IMG/VR virus record: IMGVR_UViG_3300020161_001601
Coordinates: 1-32,038 of that record
Reading direction: 5' to 3' (one strand)
Source: a virus
Lineage: Duplodnaviria; Caudoviricetes
DNA length: 32,038 nucleotides
The notes under the pieces are model-generated. The model had not been told where the DNA came from and made no database searches. It saw nothing but the letters and a program-made list of their open reading frames with translations. The translations under genes and the position numbers were made by a program. Positions within the stretch are counted from its first letter, which is position 1. Every line of letters begins with the position of its first letter. Positions 19,401-29,700 of this stretch are shown one piece after another.

Positions 19401-20842
19401 CTACAAATGATTGTGTTTTATATTTAAATGATGATAAGAAACTAATAGCCAATTTTGAATTATTACCTTTAGTTACTTTAAAAGCGGATTCAACTTTAGG
19501 TAGCATAATAACATTGGATGGTCAATTGAATTGTACTGGAAAATGCGCAACTGATTATTTCTTAGGAACATATGTTACCATATCAGCATCTCCAGCACCT
19601 TTTGGTTACTTATTTAATAAATTCGATGGTGTGCCTTGCTATGATGGAAATAGAGTTTGCACATTTATAATGTGGGGAGATATTGATGTACAGTCGTTAT
19701 ATAGGGAAATTATATACTATGATTTAAATTTAGGAGTTGAGAGTCAACCATTTGATAACGATTCTTTAATAATCAATACAGAAGGTGGTGAATTCGAGGT
19801 TTTAGCTTTCCCTAAAACTAAAAGTATTTTAGTGAATAAAGCAGCGCAAGGTATAATAGAATGGGTTTACGATGATTCTGAATTAAATATAACCACCTCG
19901 AACACATATAAGTCTCTATCCGAACAAACTTTTTTAAGTTTAACTGCTAAACCAACCAACGAATATTACCAATTTAATAGATGGATTGGTGGTCCGTGTA
20001 ATAATTCCACCAATCCAAAATGTAATTTCATTTTAGATGATAATTATAACTTTGTAGCTTATTTTAATTATTTGGCATATACTGTGACTGTTACATATTC
20101 TGCTGGAGGAGGAGTTGGTAGAGTTTACTCTGTGGAGCCAATTGGTTTAGATTGTGAACCATTTAATCCTTCCAGTTTGAATATTTGCGAGTACGAATTT
20201 TTATCTGGTAAAGAAGTTACTATAAAAGCCGACAATACTTTTGAGGGTAGCACATTTATAGCCTTATGTGCTGATGATCCAAATATTAAAGGTATTGCTG
20301 GTAATAATACTTTAACATTTGTTATCACTGGAAACGTATCACTAACTGCGGTATACTTACCCTTTGGTCAAGTTGAACTTTGGCTTAATAAAGTTGGTCC
20401 TAATAAAGTATTATTAAATTCAACTCCAGAACCTAACGCTTTTGGAAGCACTGGAGGTTTGTCTTTGGATACTATAACTAGAGAGGCGTCTGGATTGTAT
20501 ATAAAACATACTAATGTTGATATAAATCCGCAATTTATTAATGGTTCTGGAATATTGTATTATGATGCGAATGTTCCTTTAATGTATCAATACTCTTCTG
20601 GTGATGGTATAGATATGGGTTATAGTTCAATTCAAGTTGAAGCGGGTTCTGATGGATTTGTTTTGGTGGATGATAGTTTAATTATATCAAATTCGGAATT
20701 GGGAGCGCCATATGCTCAATCTAATATATATCAAAATTCCACTGGGATTTATATAAATTATGAAGATGTTAAAGATTTATCATTAACTGAAAATGTATAT
20801 TTAACAGCTTATTTGGATTATAAAAATCCATTTACGACATAA
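16406..20842 (+). CDS. 1478-aa virion structural protein with C-terminal Cys-rich divergent InlB-B-like repeats
   Basis: Four to five repeats such as LKIEKVGSGKGDVFTDPPCIYCGDNC...ITLIASAASNSRFSSWLGDTEC....DCVLYLNDDKKLIANF (~19220-20365). The N-terminal ~930 aa are unrecognised. Confidence 0.65.
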   Translation: MDFSFLPYSIVNDVDNPKDYEAPYSFLSFIQYESYQSFELDKNFKNYQNYIFKWSSKKNIKKSKEKEIIRDAYVNLLREITLNFSTEEEKRFILNSDFTDDSDLDIIIPFFIQKLKQISFYYKSKRKDVKDSVLRYNLKGSNIGVESIVKKIIFEYIENNVDTKGSKLSSFYNNFDINVEELYGRNDPFYNKSDNTEFTYTNELDYNIFLNFKESIINSISAYPLYLKSSNNDYISDFTFNPILSGDELYYLKNRDFLNYILSENNEDLKLNLFKSLYPKFISTDFYYISTNSENKSVSGLLFESKKNGSEFLNKHFSTNILNQPLNQLYSLYELGGFFIPQNQTLLIYNTPSKTYSLNSNNTLPDKVYIFPNPDQIGNTIYTSDKENNDSPLIYSVNVDWNRTKISDGFRFNDVLSNNYDKLFYGYQSRQQNTKISTEGVSKVTDNITFWGGDKDQIWQGTFDVDIYPIEKDTKNLLLDEGVVVDWYTDEYSNEFGLYKKLNTETKNISGDLYDGGLINGSSTVFSNKKVENSSIYEKKNTKTGKIFVRNNFYNTVNDINTAFSKIFFKYPDFVVDEINDKVLKLFVINNVIVIETENYVISDSYLYDIENNEFQNASTKPFYNKKVGFNKFLDTFINPWYDEKNKKIFLVFIKTLENSLSASNYKYICPEIYASNLDSLNYSKIYPNNKTLTNVYSLSSPYGDVPEINLVEYSGGSFRKNSFLNEYNFSYFSRNLNSIPFIVNEKLYYKPEDNTFVSEGPLLLKPFYYFLDNNYANPSATYYVRAISNKSGYIGVRDDDSLNIVDTLPYSVNYAFASNVETLEINQVGNYVVHFDWESYDNTNIFVGKEFFNVKEVQNNLLVTHTDELSQSTTTTYLTSYNETKNIFNFFVDGIEFYVNVTRPTYPYDEVVFIDVNTTQNVKFSGFLSNNLSGIYKRLKIEKVGSGKGDVFTDPPCIYCGDNCEYLYSANSTITLIASAASNSRFSSWLGDTECNGTTNDCVLYLNDDKKLIANFELLPLVTLKADSTLGSIITLDGQLNCTGKCATDYFLGTYVTISASPAPFGYLFNKFDGVPCYDGNRVCTFIMWGDIDVQSLYREIIYYDLNLGVESQPFDNDSLIINTEGGEFEVLAFPKTKSILVNKAAQGIIEWVYDDSELNITTSNTYKSLSEQTFLSLTAKPTNEYYQFNRWIGGPCNNSTNPKCNFILDDNYNFVAYFNYLAYTVTVTYSAGGGVGRVYSVEPIGLDCEPFNPSSLNICEYEFLSGKEVTIKADNTFEGSTFIALCADDPNIKGIAGNNTLTFVITGNVSLTAVYLPFGQVELWLNKVGPNKVLLNSTPEPNAFGSTGGLSLDTITREASGLYIKHTNVDINPQFINGSGILYYDANVPLMYQYSSGDGIDMGYSSIQVEAGSDGFVLVDDSLIISNSELGAPYAQSNIYQNSTGIYINYEDVKDLSLTENVYLTAYLDYKNPFTT

Positions 20843-20871
20843 AGTTTAGTGGATTAAGAGGACTTTAATCT

Positions 20872-20879
20872 TAAATATT
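20872..20879 (+). promoter_or_regulatory. Putative late promoter TAAATAWT
   Basis: TAAATAtt, 15 nt before ATG 20893, directly after a short inverted repeat (GATTAA...TTAATC, 20852-20870). Confidence 0.5.
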
Positions 20880-20892
20880 AGAAGGCGTAAAA

Positions 20893-22821
20893 ATGCAACA
20901 AAGAAACTCAACATTTAAATTTGTTCAAATGTGGAATGATCAACCTTTGAACACTCATCATGATATAATCGTATCTGTTGATTATGCTTTTTATAATTAT
21001 AATGACATACCCTCTTGTGGCTTTTGTTTGGCTTTTTTTGAAACAATAAATGAAAAACCTAGAGGTGGTGGACCAGCTTATAGTCTAGCATATACTCCTA
21101 GTGATATTAATGATCAATGTAATGAAGAAGGTTATTTGGGTTTAGAATCTGCATTGTATGGTATAGGTTTTGATGCTAATGGAATTTTTGCTAAAAAAAC
21201 AAGATTGGTCGATGGTGTGGATTTTACCGTTTCAAATTCAATATGTGTTAGAAAAGGTATAAGAGAAGATTATTCTTTTTTGAAACAAAGTGAAAATTTA
21301 GAATACAATCATAATTTTAAAATATCTCAACAATTGACATCATTAGATGAAAAAATTCAATACAAACAAGTTCGTGTCGTTTTTTCAAAATGCATGAGCA
21401 ATTTAGAAATACAAGTGAAAAATGATGACGAGAGAGATTTTAGAACAGTTTTACTTTTAAACAATTTGCCTATTTTAGAAAGAAGGTCTATAAAAGCTGC
21501 ATTATTCTATACATCACTGGATCAAGATAGTAGATTTTTAGTAAAACAATTCAATGTTGCTGGATATCCTGAAAGAATAGATGAACAGTATTTATCCACA
21601 TGTTTTCAAGAAATTTCCACAAAAGGTAATTTGTATGGTAACAAATTACCAGCATATAAAACTTGGGCTGTTAGTAATAATTACAAATATTTTAATACTT
21701 ACAAATTCGATGGAAATTCGTATAGATCCCAAAAAACTACAAGATCTACAAATTATTTGAAAATATTAAATTATTATAAAAATTTTATATACGTTAAATC
21801 TCAAAACAATTTATTGGTTTATGAAAATAAAGGAAACGCTTTTGTAAAACAAAACACTATAACACTTCCAACAAATGATGATATAACATCATGTGCTGGA
21901 TCGGATAATACTTTGGTAATATCTTCTTCATCTAGTGGAGAATATTATTACGTTTATGATTATATTACAAAATCTGAAAATGTAGAGGATATAGGAAAAT
22001 GGAAACTCGCACAATCATTTAATTTCCCATTGAGTAGTGGATTTGGTTTAAATGTTGAAATGTCGAATGAGTATTTGTTATCTTATTCCAAGAAAAATTA
22101 CGTTATTTCTTTTTATAGAGAACCAAATTCTGGATATAAATATCACCAAATTTTAACGCCTCCTTATGAAGAAGCTAGGGGATTCGGTGAATCTATGAGC
22201 ATATATAACAACGAATTGCTTATAGGTGCTCCAATGGGCAATAAAAGAAGTTTAAGAGATTCTGGACAAGGTGAAGTTTTTCATTATTTTCTAACGCCTG
22301 TATTGAAGAAATGGATTTTGATTGCAGAATTAGGTACGGTATTTAATTTAAATACACCAGCTGGAAATTTCGGATATTCGGTAAAGATGGATAAGAATAA
22401 AGCAATCGTAGGATGTCCTGGCGAGGCTTTCTACACTGACACAAGACCAACTATTGAATTGCCAAACTATGGTAGAGCTTACGTTTTCACAAAAAACGAC
22501 ACTGGATATTTCGCTGAAAAAACCACTCTATATCCATTATCTTCAGACTTTAGATCGTATAAATTTTTTGGATCTCAAGTAAATATTATACAAAATATAG
22601 CAATGGTTGGCATACCTTTTACATTAGATAAAAATGATGGTTATATTAATATTTTTAATACAGAATGTCTATTACCAGATCCTTATCAACACTTGGCTGT
22701 ACCGTTGTCGGCTATGGAACAAAACGATCAAAGCGGTTTCTTAATAGATAAAGAAAACGAAGATTACTTGGCTAAAATAATGATACCAGAAGTTGAAATA
22801 TTGGGAGGTGATATAATATGA
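20893..22821 (+). CDS. L-type lectin-like domain fused to an FG-GAP beta-propeller; putative adhesin
   Basis: N-terminal CGFCLAFF...[10 protein letters not shown]...YGIGFDANG is a legume-lectin-like pattern. C-terminal [24 protein letters not shown]...AIVGCPG...GRAYVF and FFGSQV...AMVGIP are FG-GAP repeats. Confidence 0.7.
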   Translation: MQQRNSTFKFVQMWNDQPLNTHHDIIVSVDYAFYNYNDIPSCGFCLAFFETINEKPRGGGPAYSLAYTPSDINDQCNEEGYLGLESALYGIGFDANGIFAKKTRLVDGVDFTVSNSICVRKGIREDYSFLKQSENLEYNHNFKISQQLTSLDEKIQYKQVRVVFSKCMSNLEIQVKNDDERDFRTVLLLNNLPILERRSIKAALFYTSLDQDSRFLVKQFNVAGYPERIDEQYLSTCFQEISTKGNLYGNKLPAYKTWAVSNNYKYFNTYKFDGNSYRSQKTTRSTNYLKILNYYKNFIYVKSQNNLLVYENKGNAFVKQNTITLPTNDDITSCAGSDNTLVISSSSSGEYYYVYDYITKSENVEDIGKWKLAQSFNFPLSSGFGLNVEMSNEYLLSYSKKNYVISFYREPNSGYKYHQILTPPYEEARGFGESMSIYNNELLIGAPMGNKRSLRDSGQGEVFHYFLTPVLKKWILIAELGTVFNLNTPAGNFGYSVKMDKNKAIVGCPGEAFYTDTRPTIELPNYGRAYVFTKNDTGYFAEKTTLYPLSSDFRSYKFFGSQVNIIQNIAMVGIPFTLDKNDGYINIFNTECLLPDPYQHLAVPLSAMEQNDQSGFLIDKENEDYLAKIMIPEVEILGGDII

Positions 22822-24899
22822 TTAATTTGAAGACATATTTTCCTTTGATTAATAATGGAGAATTTCCACCGTCTAGCACATTTAATAATACTCAAATTTA
22901 TAAAACATTAAAAGGATTTGCTCCGCTTACCGTATCATTAAGCGGTTTTAATAGAAATATTTTAGCAGTTGATTCTTGGGCTTGGAATGTCAGTGGTGGT
23001 TATGATGTTAATTATACTTCTGAAAACATTATACACACTTTTAACGATGATGGTGTATATTACGTCAAACTATCTGGGACAAATGTATATGGTACATACA
23101 CTCAATCGTTTGTAGTTTCGGCGTTTCCTGTAAAGTACTATTGCGTTGTTAACAATTACGACTTAGTAGATACTGGAATTTATTATGGAAATTATATTAT
23201 TTTAAATAATACCGTTTCAAACTTTAATGTTTACTTAAAGGGGATAAATGGATTACAGGTCAGTAATGTTTACGATTTAAATAATTTTAATAATTGCAAA
23301 ATAACATTCACCAATACGAATGAAATAACATCCAGTCAAAATGAAATTTTCATAAAAAACAGTGTTACATTATCAGCTTCTGATAATAATGTTTATACTT
23401 TTTATTATTTTAATACTGGGTATGGGGGTTCTCCGATATTAGGTATATCCGAACAATCGTTCTCATTGTCAGCTATACAAAATTTTCCAATTTGCCCAAC
23501 ACAAACTCCCACACCTTCAATAACTCCAACATATACTCCCACACCTACTCAAACTCCAACTAAAACACAAACACCTACAGTAACAAGAACCCCCACAAAA
23601 ACACCTACTAGAACACAAACACCCACAGTAACAAAAACACCAACAAATACGCCAACCAAAACAGTTACGAACACTATAACTCCAAGTAGAAGTCCAACTA
23701 GAACTCCTTTAGAAAGCAGATGTCCAACTCCAACACCAACACCAACACAAACGAATACATCCACTTCAACACCAACACCGACACCCGAACCTTCTCTTTT
23801 TTGGGATATTTGGGATATAGACGATCCTTATGGTAAAACAATTTCAAATTTTTATATAAAATACAATACAGGATCGTATGATATATCTTGGGGGGATGGT
23901 GCGGTTGAAGATATTTTAAATGATGTAAATGTTCAACATACTTATATTTCCCCATACATTCTTTGGGATATAGACAATCCTTTTGGTAAAACAATTTTAG
24001 AATTTAATATAAAATACAATACAGGATCGTATGATATATCTTGGGGAGATGATGTGGTTGAAGATATTTTAAATGATGTAAATGTTCAACATACTTATAT
24101 GTATTTAACACCTTCGCCTACAGTTACTACAACACAAACTCCAACTCCAACACCAACCCCAACTATACCTTGCCCACAAAATGTGCCACCATCGGTTTTT
24201 TACAACACACCACCCACCAATAAAACGTTGTATTGGGGTACTGGTTTTGACTTTGGTGTGGTTGCACAAAATGCTGGAACTGCATCTACAAACGAAGTTT
24301 TAATTATAAGAAATTACGGTAATGTGGTGAACAATGAAAGTTACAGTGGCGGTTATTCATATTATGCAAATTCTTTTGCCAATAAAAACATATCTTTAAC
24401 ATTTGGTTTATCTTCAGAATTTTTTAATGATAAGAATGGATTTATTATTGAATTTTATGCATTGAAGAAAAATACTTTACAAAAATCATATCCTACTATT
24501 TTTAGTGTAGGTTTTGATTATTATAATCATTCAAATTGGGGTGTTCACCCTCAACATAACACTTATACGTTAACATGGGATTTTAATACGAGTTCTCTCA
24601 ATTATGGCAGTTTTATTAAAGGTGATATTTGTGAAAGAACTGATGAAGTTTATAGTAAAAATTGGAATAGTGGTATAAATGTTTGGGATAAAATTACTTA
24701 TTTTTATGATAATGTTGAGAAATACGGATATGTATATGTAAACGATATTTTGAAACATCATTTTTATCAGATTTTAACTTGGTATGTTGAACCTAGTGTG
24801 GATAAAGTGTTGATAGACTTTTTCCAACATTTTCCATATTCTGATAATGAAGGTACTGAAGCTTACATTGATGATATATCATTTTATATTTTAGATTGA
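22818..24899 (+). CDS. PKD / Pro-Thr linker / duplicated PKD-like / ConA-like modular protein
   Basis: GFAPLTVSL...SWAW...[13 protein letters not shown] (PKD), PT runs, two YDISWGD...QHTY units and a C-terminal WDKIT...VYVND...AYIDDISF (ConA/LamG-like). ATGA overlap, with GGAGGTG 7 nt upstream of the start. Confidence 0.7.
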   Translation: MINLKTYFPLINNGEFPPSSTFNNTQIYKTLKGFAPLTVSLSGFNRNILAVDSWAWNVSGGYDVNYTSENIIHTFNDDGVYYVKLSGTNVYGTYTQSFVVSAFPVKYYCVVNNYDLVDTGIYYGNYIILNNTVSNFNVYLKGINGLQVSNVYDLNNFNNCKITFTNTNEITSSQNEIFIKNSVTLSASDNNVYTFYYFNTGYGGSPILGISEQSFSLSAIQNFPICPTQTPTPSITPTYTPTPTQTPTKTQTPTVTRTPTKTPTRTQTPTVTKTPTNTPTKTVTNTITPSRSPTRTPLESRCPTPTPTPTQTNTSTSTPTPTPEPSLFWDIWDIDDPYGKTISNFYIKYNTGSYDISWGDGAVEDILNDVNVQHTYISPYILWDIDNPFGKTILEFNIKYNTGSYDISWGDDVVEDILNDVNVQHTYMYLTPSPTVTTTQTPTPTPTPTIPCPQNVPPSVFYNTPPTNKTLYWGTGFDFGVVAQNAGTASTNEVLIIRNYGNVVNNESYSGGYSYYANSFANKNISLTFGLSSEFFNDKNGFIIEFYALKKNTLQKSYPTIFSVGFDYYNHSNWGVHPQHNTYTLTWDFNTSSLNYGSFIKGDICERTDEVYSKNWNSGINVWDKITYFYDNVEKYGYVYVNDILKHHFYQILTWYVEPSVDKVLIDFFQHFPYSDNEGTEAYIDDISFYILD
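23496..23790 (+). repeat. Pro/Thr low-complexity coding repeat
   Basis: [14 protein letters not shown]...TPTPTPEP. A second shorter run lies at ~24108-24176. Confidence 0.95.
23809..24100 (+). repeat. Direct tandem duplication with a 153-bp period (51 aa)
   Basis: 23809-23947 versus 23962-24100: 139 bp align with 9 mismatches. Confidence 0.95.
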
Positions 24900-24904
24900 T
24901 AGTT

Positions 24905-24912
24905 TAAATAAT
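24905..24912 (+). promoter_or_regulatory. Putative late promoter TAAATAWT
   Basis: TAAATAat in the 47-nt gap before ATG 24947. Confidence 0.45.
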
Positions 24913-24946
24913 AATATAACGCTTAATATGGTGTTTATGACATTTA

Positions 24947-26725
24947 ATGATGAAATCTACAACAAACACATTTACTATAAAAGTATCAGCTACTACTAAT
25001 TCACCTTTCAGTGCTTTAAATGATTTCGTCGTTTATTCTGGAGGTTATTTCATAGATCCACTTTTATATCCATCATCTTTTTTATTTCAAGAAACATTAT
25101 ATGGTTTACCGTATAGTGTAACAAGTTATACTGGAAAAACTAAATCCGTTTTTGATAGAGAAATAAATCCACAATCTTTATTTTTTGGTAATAGTGGATA
25201 TTCAATATACGTAGTTGGTAATGTTAGTGACAAAGTACACACATATAATCTTTCTTTATCTTGGGACATTTCAACAGCATATTATAGTAAAAGTTTAAAT
25301 TTGAACCCTAGTTTAGAAAATAGCCCAACTGGTGTATTTTTTAAACCAGATGGATTAAAAATGTACATTATAGGTGATAATAAAAATGCCGTAATGCAAT
25401 ATAATTTAACAATACCTTGGGATACAAGCACATCAACATATACTTCACAATTTCCAATATTATTCGAATCTGGATCTAAAGGTTTATTCATAAGCCCAAA
25501 TGGTACAAATCTTTATGTTACTGGAGTTAGTAGCAAAAAAATTCATCAATACGCACTTTCAACCCCTTGGGATATATCTACAGGCACCTATCCTTTGAAA
25601 GAATTTTCCGTTCAAAGCGAGGAATCTTTACCTTCTGATTTATTTTTTAAACCTGATGGTTCCGAATGTTTTGTTACAGGTTTAGAAAAATATAGAATTT
25701 TTGAATATAAATTATTAACTCCTTGGGATATAACAACCGCATATTATACAAATATTTCCTTCGCAATAAGTGCTCAAGATAATAGACCAGTTGGAATGTT
25801 TTTTAAACCAGAGGGTGATAGATTTTATATTTTGGGTAGTCAATACGATAATATATATCAATATAGCATACCAGCTTCACAAGTTTGGAATTTAAGTGGA
25901 GGTATACCGACTGTAACATCTTTATCTGGTGGTAATTTCAAAACAACTTATAACGATTTAAAAAATATAAAACATGTAAACATAGGACATTATGTGTTTT
26001 GCGATTCAAATGTAATATTCGATTTTTCAGATTTTGATCAGAGCAAATCCAAAATAATAAAATTGACATTTAATCCAGATAATGGAAATGATATTCAAAC
26101 ATTCACCTCACAATTGTCGAATAACGATATATTGTATCCAAATCTAAGTAGTATACAATCTATATATTATCCGAGTGAATTGTATAATACTTTTTATCAT
26201 CCAAATTTTCAAATATATTATGAAGATGGTAATTATATAAATTTAACAGTTCCTTTAACAGTTTTTCAATGTGGAATTTATGAAACTTATAAACATAAAA
26301 AAGTATTGGATTCATTACCGTATTATGGTAATAGTAATAATGTTTTACTTTTTATAAACGATGATAGCGATAATAGTTTGTTCATAGGTGATATTAATAC
26401 TAAATTGCCATTTGTTTTATCAGCAAATGTGCCATCTAAAGATGTGGAGTTACCTTTCTTGTTGGAATTAGTGCCTCAACAATCTACTCTGGAAAGCATA
26501 GATCCATACATACCAGAACCTCCTATAAACGAAAATCCGATATATTTGGATACTGGTTTTTACATATATGGAGAATATAGAGGTATAAGTATAAATCCAA
26601 ATTATGTAAGATTTTACGAAAAGGAAAATTTTGTAACACCTAATAATGGTTTGACAATATCTTCTGGAGGTGCTCCATATTTTGCTGGAAGTGGTATAAC
26701 TATAGAGGTAATTCAACTTGATTAA
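24947..26725 (+). CDS. Virion-accessory protein with ~50-aa 'FFKPDG...PWDISTA' beta-propeller repeats
   Basis: Five repeats such as PTGVFFKPDGLKMYIIG...QYNLTIPWDTSTSTY (~25165-25870), followed by a PKD-like segment and a C-terminal GAPY module. Confidence 0.7.
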   Translation: MMKSTTNTFTIKVSATTNSPFSALNDFVVYSGGYFIDPLLYPSSFLFQETLYGLPYSVTSYTGKTKSVFDREINPQSLFFGNSGYSIYVVGNVSDKVHTYNLSLSWDISTAYYSKSLNLNPSLENSPTGVFFKPDGLKMYIIGDNKNAVMQYNLTIPWDTSTSTYTSQFPILFESGSKGLFISPNGTNLYVTGVSSKKIHQYALSTPWDISTGTYPLKEFSVQSEESLPSDLFFKPDGSECFVTGLEKYRIFEYKLLTPWDITTAYYTNISFAISAQDNRPVGMFFKPEGDRFYILGSQYDNIYQYSIPASQVWNLSGGIPTVTSLSGGNFKTTYNDLKNIKHVNIGHYVFCDSNVIFDFSDFDQSKSKIIKLTFNPDNGNDIQTFTSQLSNNDILYPNLSSIQSIYYPSELYNTFYHPNFQIYYEDGNYINLTVPLTVFQCGIYETYKHKKVLDSLPYYGNSNNVLLFINDDSDNSLFIGDINTKLPFVLSANVPSKDVELPFLLELVPQQSTLESIDPYIPEPPINENPIYLDTGFYIYGEYRGISINPNYVRFYEKENFVTPNNGLTISSGGAPYFAGSGITIEVIQLD

Positions 26726-26726
26726 T

Positions 26727-26734
26727 TAAATAAT
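26727..26734 (+). promoter_or_regulatory. Putative late promoter TAAATAWT
   Basis: TAAATAattgtaaATG fills almost the whole 14-nt intergenic gap. Confidence 0.6.
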
Positions 26735-26739
26735 TGTAA

Positions 26740-29700
26740 ATGCTTACTCGTTTTATCTCAGATAGGAGCTATGAGACATTAGATCTCGAATACAAAGAAG
26801 ATTCGAATGTTAAATTCGAAAATACACGTATTGGTGTAGATGGTAATATGGACTTTACAAAAGTTCCTAGTTTGAAAAATGCAAGAGATTTAAAGATAAA
26901 CAATTACGTTTTAAATATTTTGACAAAAAATGATCATTTGAAAGAGAATGTATTTTTAATTCAAAATAATAAATTTACAAATAAAATTTGTTATATTTAC
27001 TCATTACATTCCAGCAATAGTAATAATTGGGAATCATACTCTTCTCCAGCTACAAGTTCTGATTGGATGGATATAGTTAAAGGGGATGGAAATGTTGTAA
27101 TGTTAAGATCAAATTCATCAAAAGCATATATATTGCCAAAAAATTCGAAAACTTGGATAGAGAAGGATTTATCGTTAAACACGACTTGGAAATCTTTAAT
27201 ATATGGCAAAGGCTTGTTTGTGGCACTATCTCAAGATATTGATGCCAACCCTAAAGTTGCAATATCTGAAGACGATGGCTTAACTTGGACTATGGATGGT
27301 ATCAATAATCCATTTGGTAGATTTGATTGTTTAACATTCGGTAAAAATTTATTTTTAACAATAAAAAAAGATTCGAACCAAGTTTTCTCAAGTATAGATG
27401 GTTTTAATTGGAACCTATATGCTTACATGCCTTTTTATTCTTCTTGGGCTTCCGTTACTTTTGGAGAAGATAAATTTGTAGCAATATCATCCAACTCCAA
27501 TTTAGCTTCTTATTCGAATGATGGTGGTTTGAATTGGCATTCCTCTGAAATATCTTCAGATATTTCGATATCTCCAAAATCTGTAATATATGGTGAGCAT
27601 AGATTTGTTGCCATTTTAAATGGTACTAGTGATAAAGTTTTTTATTCCGAAGATGGTGTAAATTGGAAAGAATCATATCTACCAAATTCTGCAACTTTAG
27701 ACTCTATTGTTTATGGAAAGGATAAATTTATAATATCTGAAACATCATCTACTAACGGATATTATTCGTATGATGCTATTATTTGGTATAAATTCACATA
27801 TCCAACTTCCACCACTACTATTAGAAAATTGGGTTATGGTTTCGATGAATATATATCATGTGGTAGAAACGCGCAGTTTAATTATTTAAAGGATGATTAT
27901 GGTGAGAAATATTGGAATTTTTCAACCAATTTTGTTTCAGTTTCAACAACAGAAAATTATTTTACACAAAACAATATATTAGAAATAGATTTTTTAAATG
28001 AAAGTAAATGTCAAATATCTCATTATGAAAATGAGATAAAGTATTATTTGGTATATTCCCCATCTTTAAGTGGTTTAAAATTTGTAAGTGAAAAATCCAA
28101 TAATTTTGAATTATACAATAAAGATTTTAATTATAATTTAAAAAGTAATGAAATAATTTTATATACAAACACACAGCTTGGAATCTTTTCTTTATACAGA
28201 TCAATAGATGGCAGATTATTATTGAATAAAACTGACAACTTTAAAAAAATAAACAATTTTTATATTAAAAAAATAAAAGAACCTAATGCTATAAATTGTG
28301 CAAACAATTGGGTTTCTTATGAGGATACATATAATAAAAATAATATAAATGTGGAAAATGATAGAAGTTATTTAAACATTTCTAATAACTTTTTATTAAC
28401 AGCACCTATAAACAATATATTATCATCTCTTCCAGTCAACATGTTGAGTTTGAAAAACCAATTAAATCAAAATAATGAACAATCTAGAGGTAATGTGTTT
28501 TTAAACGAAAATGAAACGAACATTAAAGAGTATGAGAGTATATTCACTGGAGGTTATAGAGAGTTAGGTTACGATAAAATAAATTTAGGATATTCGATAT
28601 ATACAAATCAATTTGAATTTAAATCTGGTAAAACTACATATTTCCACGTACCCCACAACATATATCCTTATGAAATATTGAATATAAATTCAAGCAAATT
28701 AGCAGAATGTGGTGCAATTGGTGGAAACACGCCACTAAACAGTGATAAAATTTGGAAAAAGTTAAAAAATTATAAAGATACAACACCTTATTCTTATCCT
28801 CAAGAAGAACTAACTGGTCAATGGTTATGCACTTGGTTATCTGCTGGAAATGAAGATACACGACCAATTTGGGTTGATAGATACTACAAACCCTCAAAGG
28901 TTACAAAGTTTGAAGCTCTTTCTTCCACAGCTTTAGAAATATTGTATCAAGATAGTTTTAATTGTCTGGATTTAAAAGAAAATATCTCAGATGTTAAAAG
29001 CAGCATGACTTTTGAAAAAGGATCTTATTATGCATATATGCATTTAGGTAAAAGAGATTATGAACAATTAATAGAAGAATCTTTATCTGATAAAATATAT
29101 TATAATAAATTAAACGACTACCAAAATACTAAATTTCAAGATTTAGATGTTGATGCGAGAACATATATTTTAAATGGTAGAACTTTCGGTTATATAGATT
29201 CAAATAACGAATACGAACATAACATAGCAACTTTTTCTTTCTTTTTGGAAAAAGACGATTGGACGATTCCAAGTGGCAATCAGATTTTTGGAAATTATAC
29301 GAATAATGGTTTCGGTTTTTATAATTACTCGCATACTACACCATACTCTATATTCAAGATAAATGACACCACATTGCAAATTTTTAATAATGATTTTAAA
29401 AAAATAAATCAAATATCTACCGACAATTTATCTTTATGTGCCATAGCTGGGATTTCTAGGAGAAATGGTTTGGAAAATATTCATGTGATAACCAAAGATT
29501 TTAGGTTAATAGAATTTGATTTAAAGGGAACTATAGTGGATTCAAACTCAGCTATGGGTGAAGTTATACCTTTGAAAAGAAATAGCGATTCAATATATTC
29601 AATTACAAATGATAATAATAATTGTTACGTATACACAAATAAAGGATTGGTATCTATAAATTTATTATCAAATGTAATCACTTCAAAAAATATAAAAAGT

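Noticed and set aside
23809-24100. Near-identical pair as the template and variable repeats of a diversity-generating retroelement
   Set aside because: The mismatches are not specific to adenines of one copy (5 have A in copy 2, 2 have A in copy 1, 2 are C/T). Both copies are in frame in one gene and no reverse transcriptase is in the window.
24928-24999. Short out-of-frame ORF starting at ATG 24928 after the late motif
   Set aside because: It is only 23 codons, overlaps the main gene, and has no supporting features.
1610-29412. Remaining short antisense or off-frame ORFs of 60-125 aa nested in long genes
   Set aside because: They lie fully inside well-supported CDSs and have no motifs or regulatory signals.
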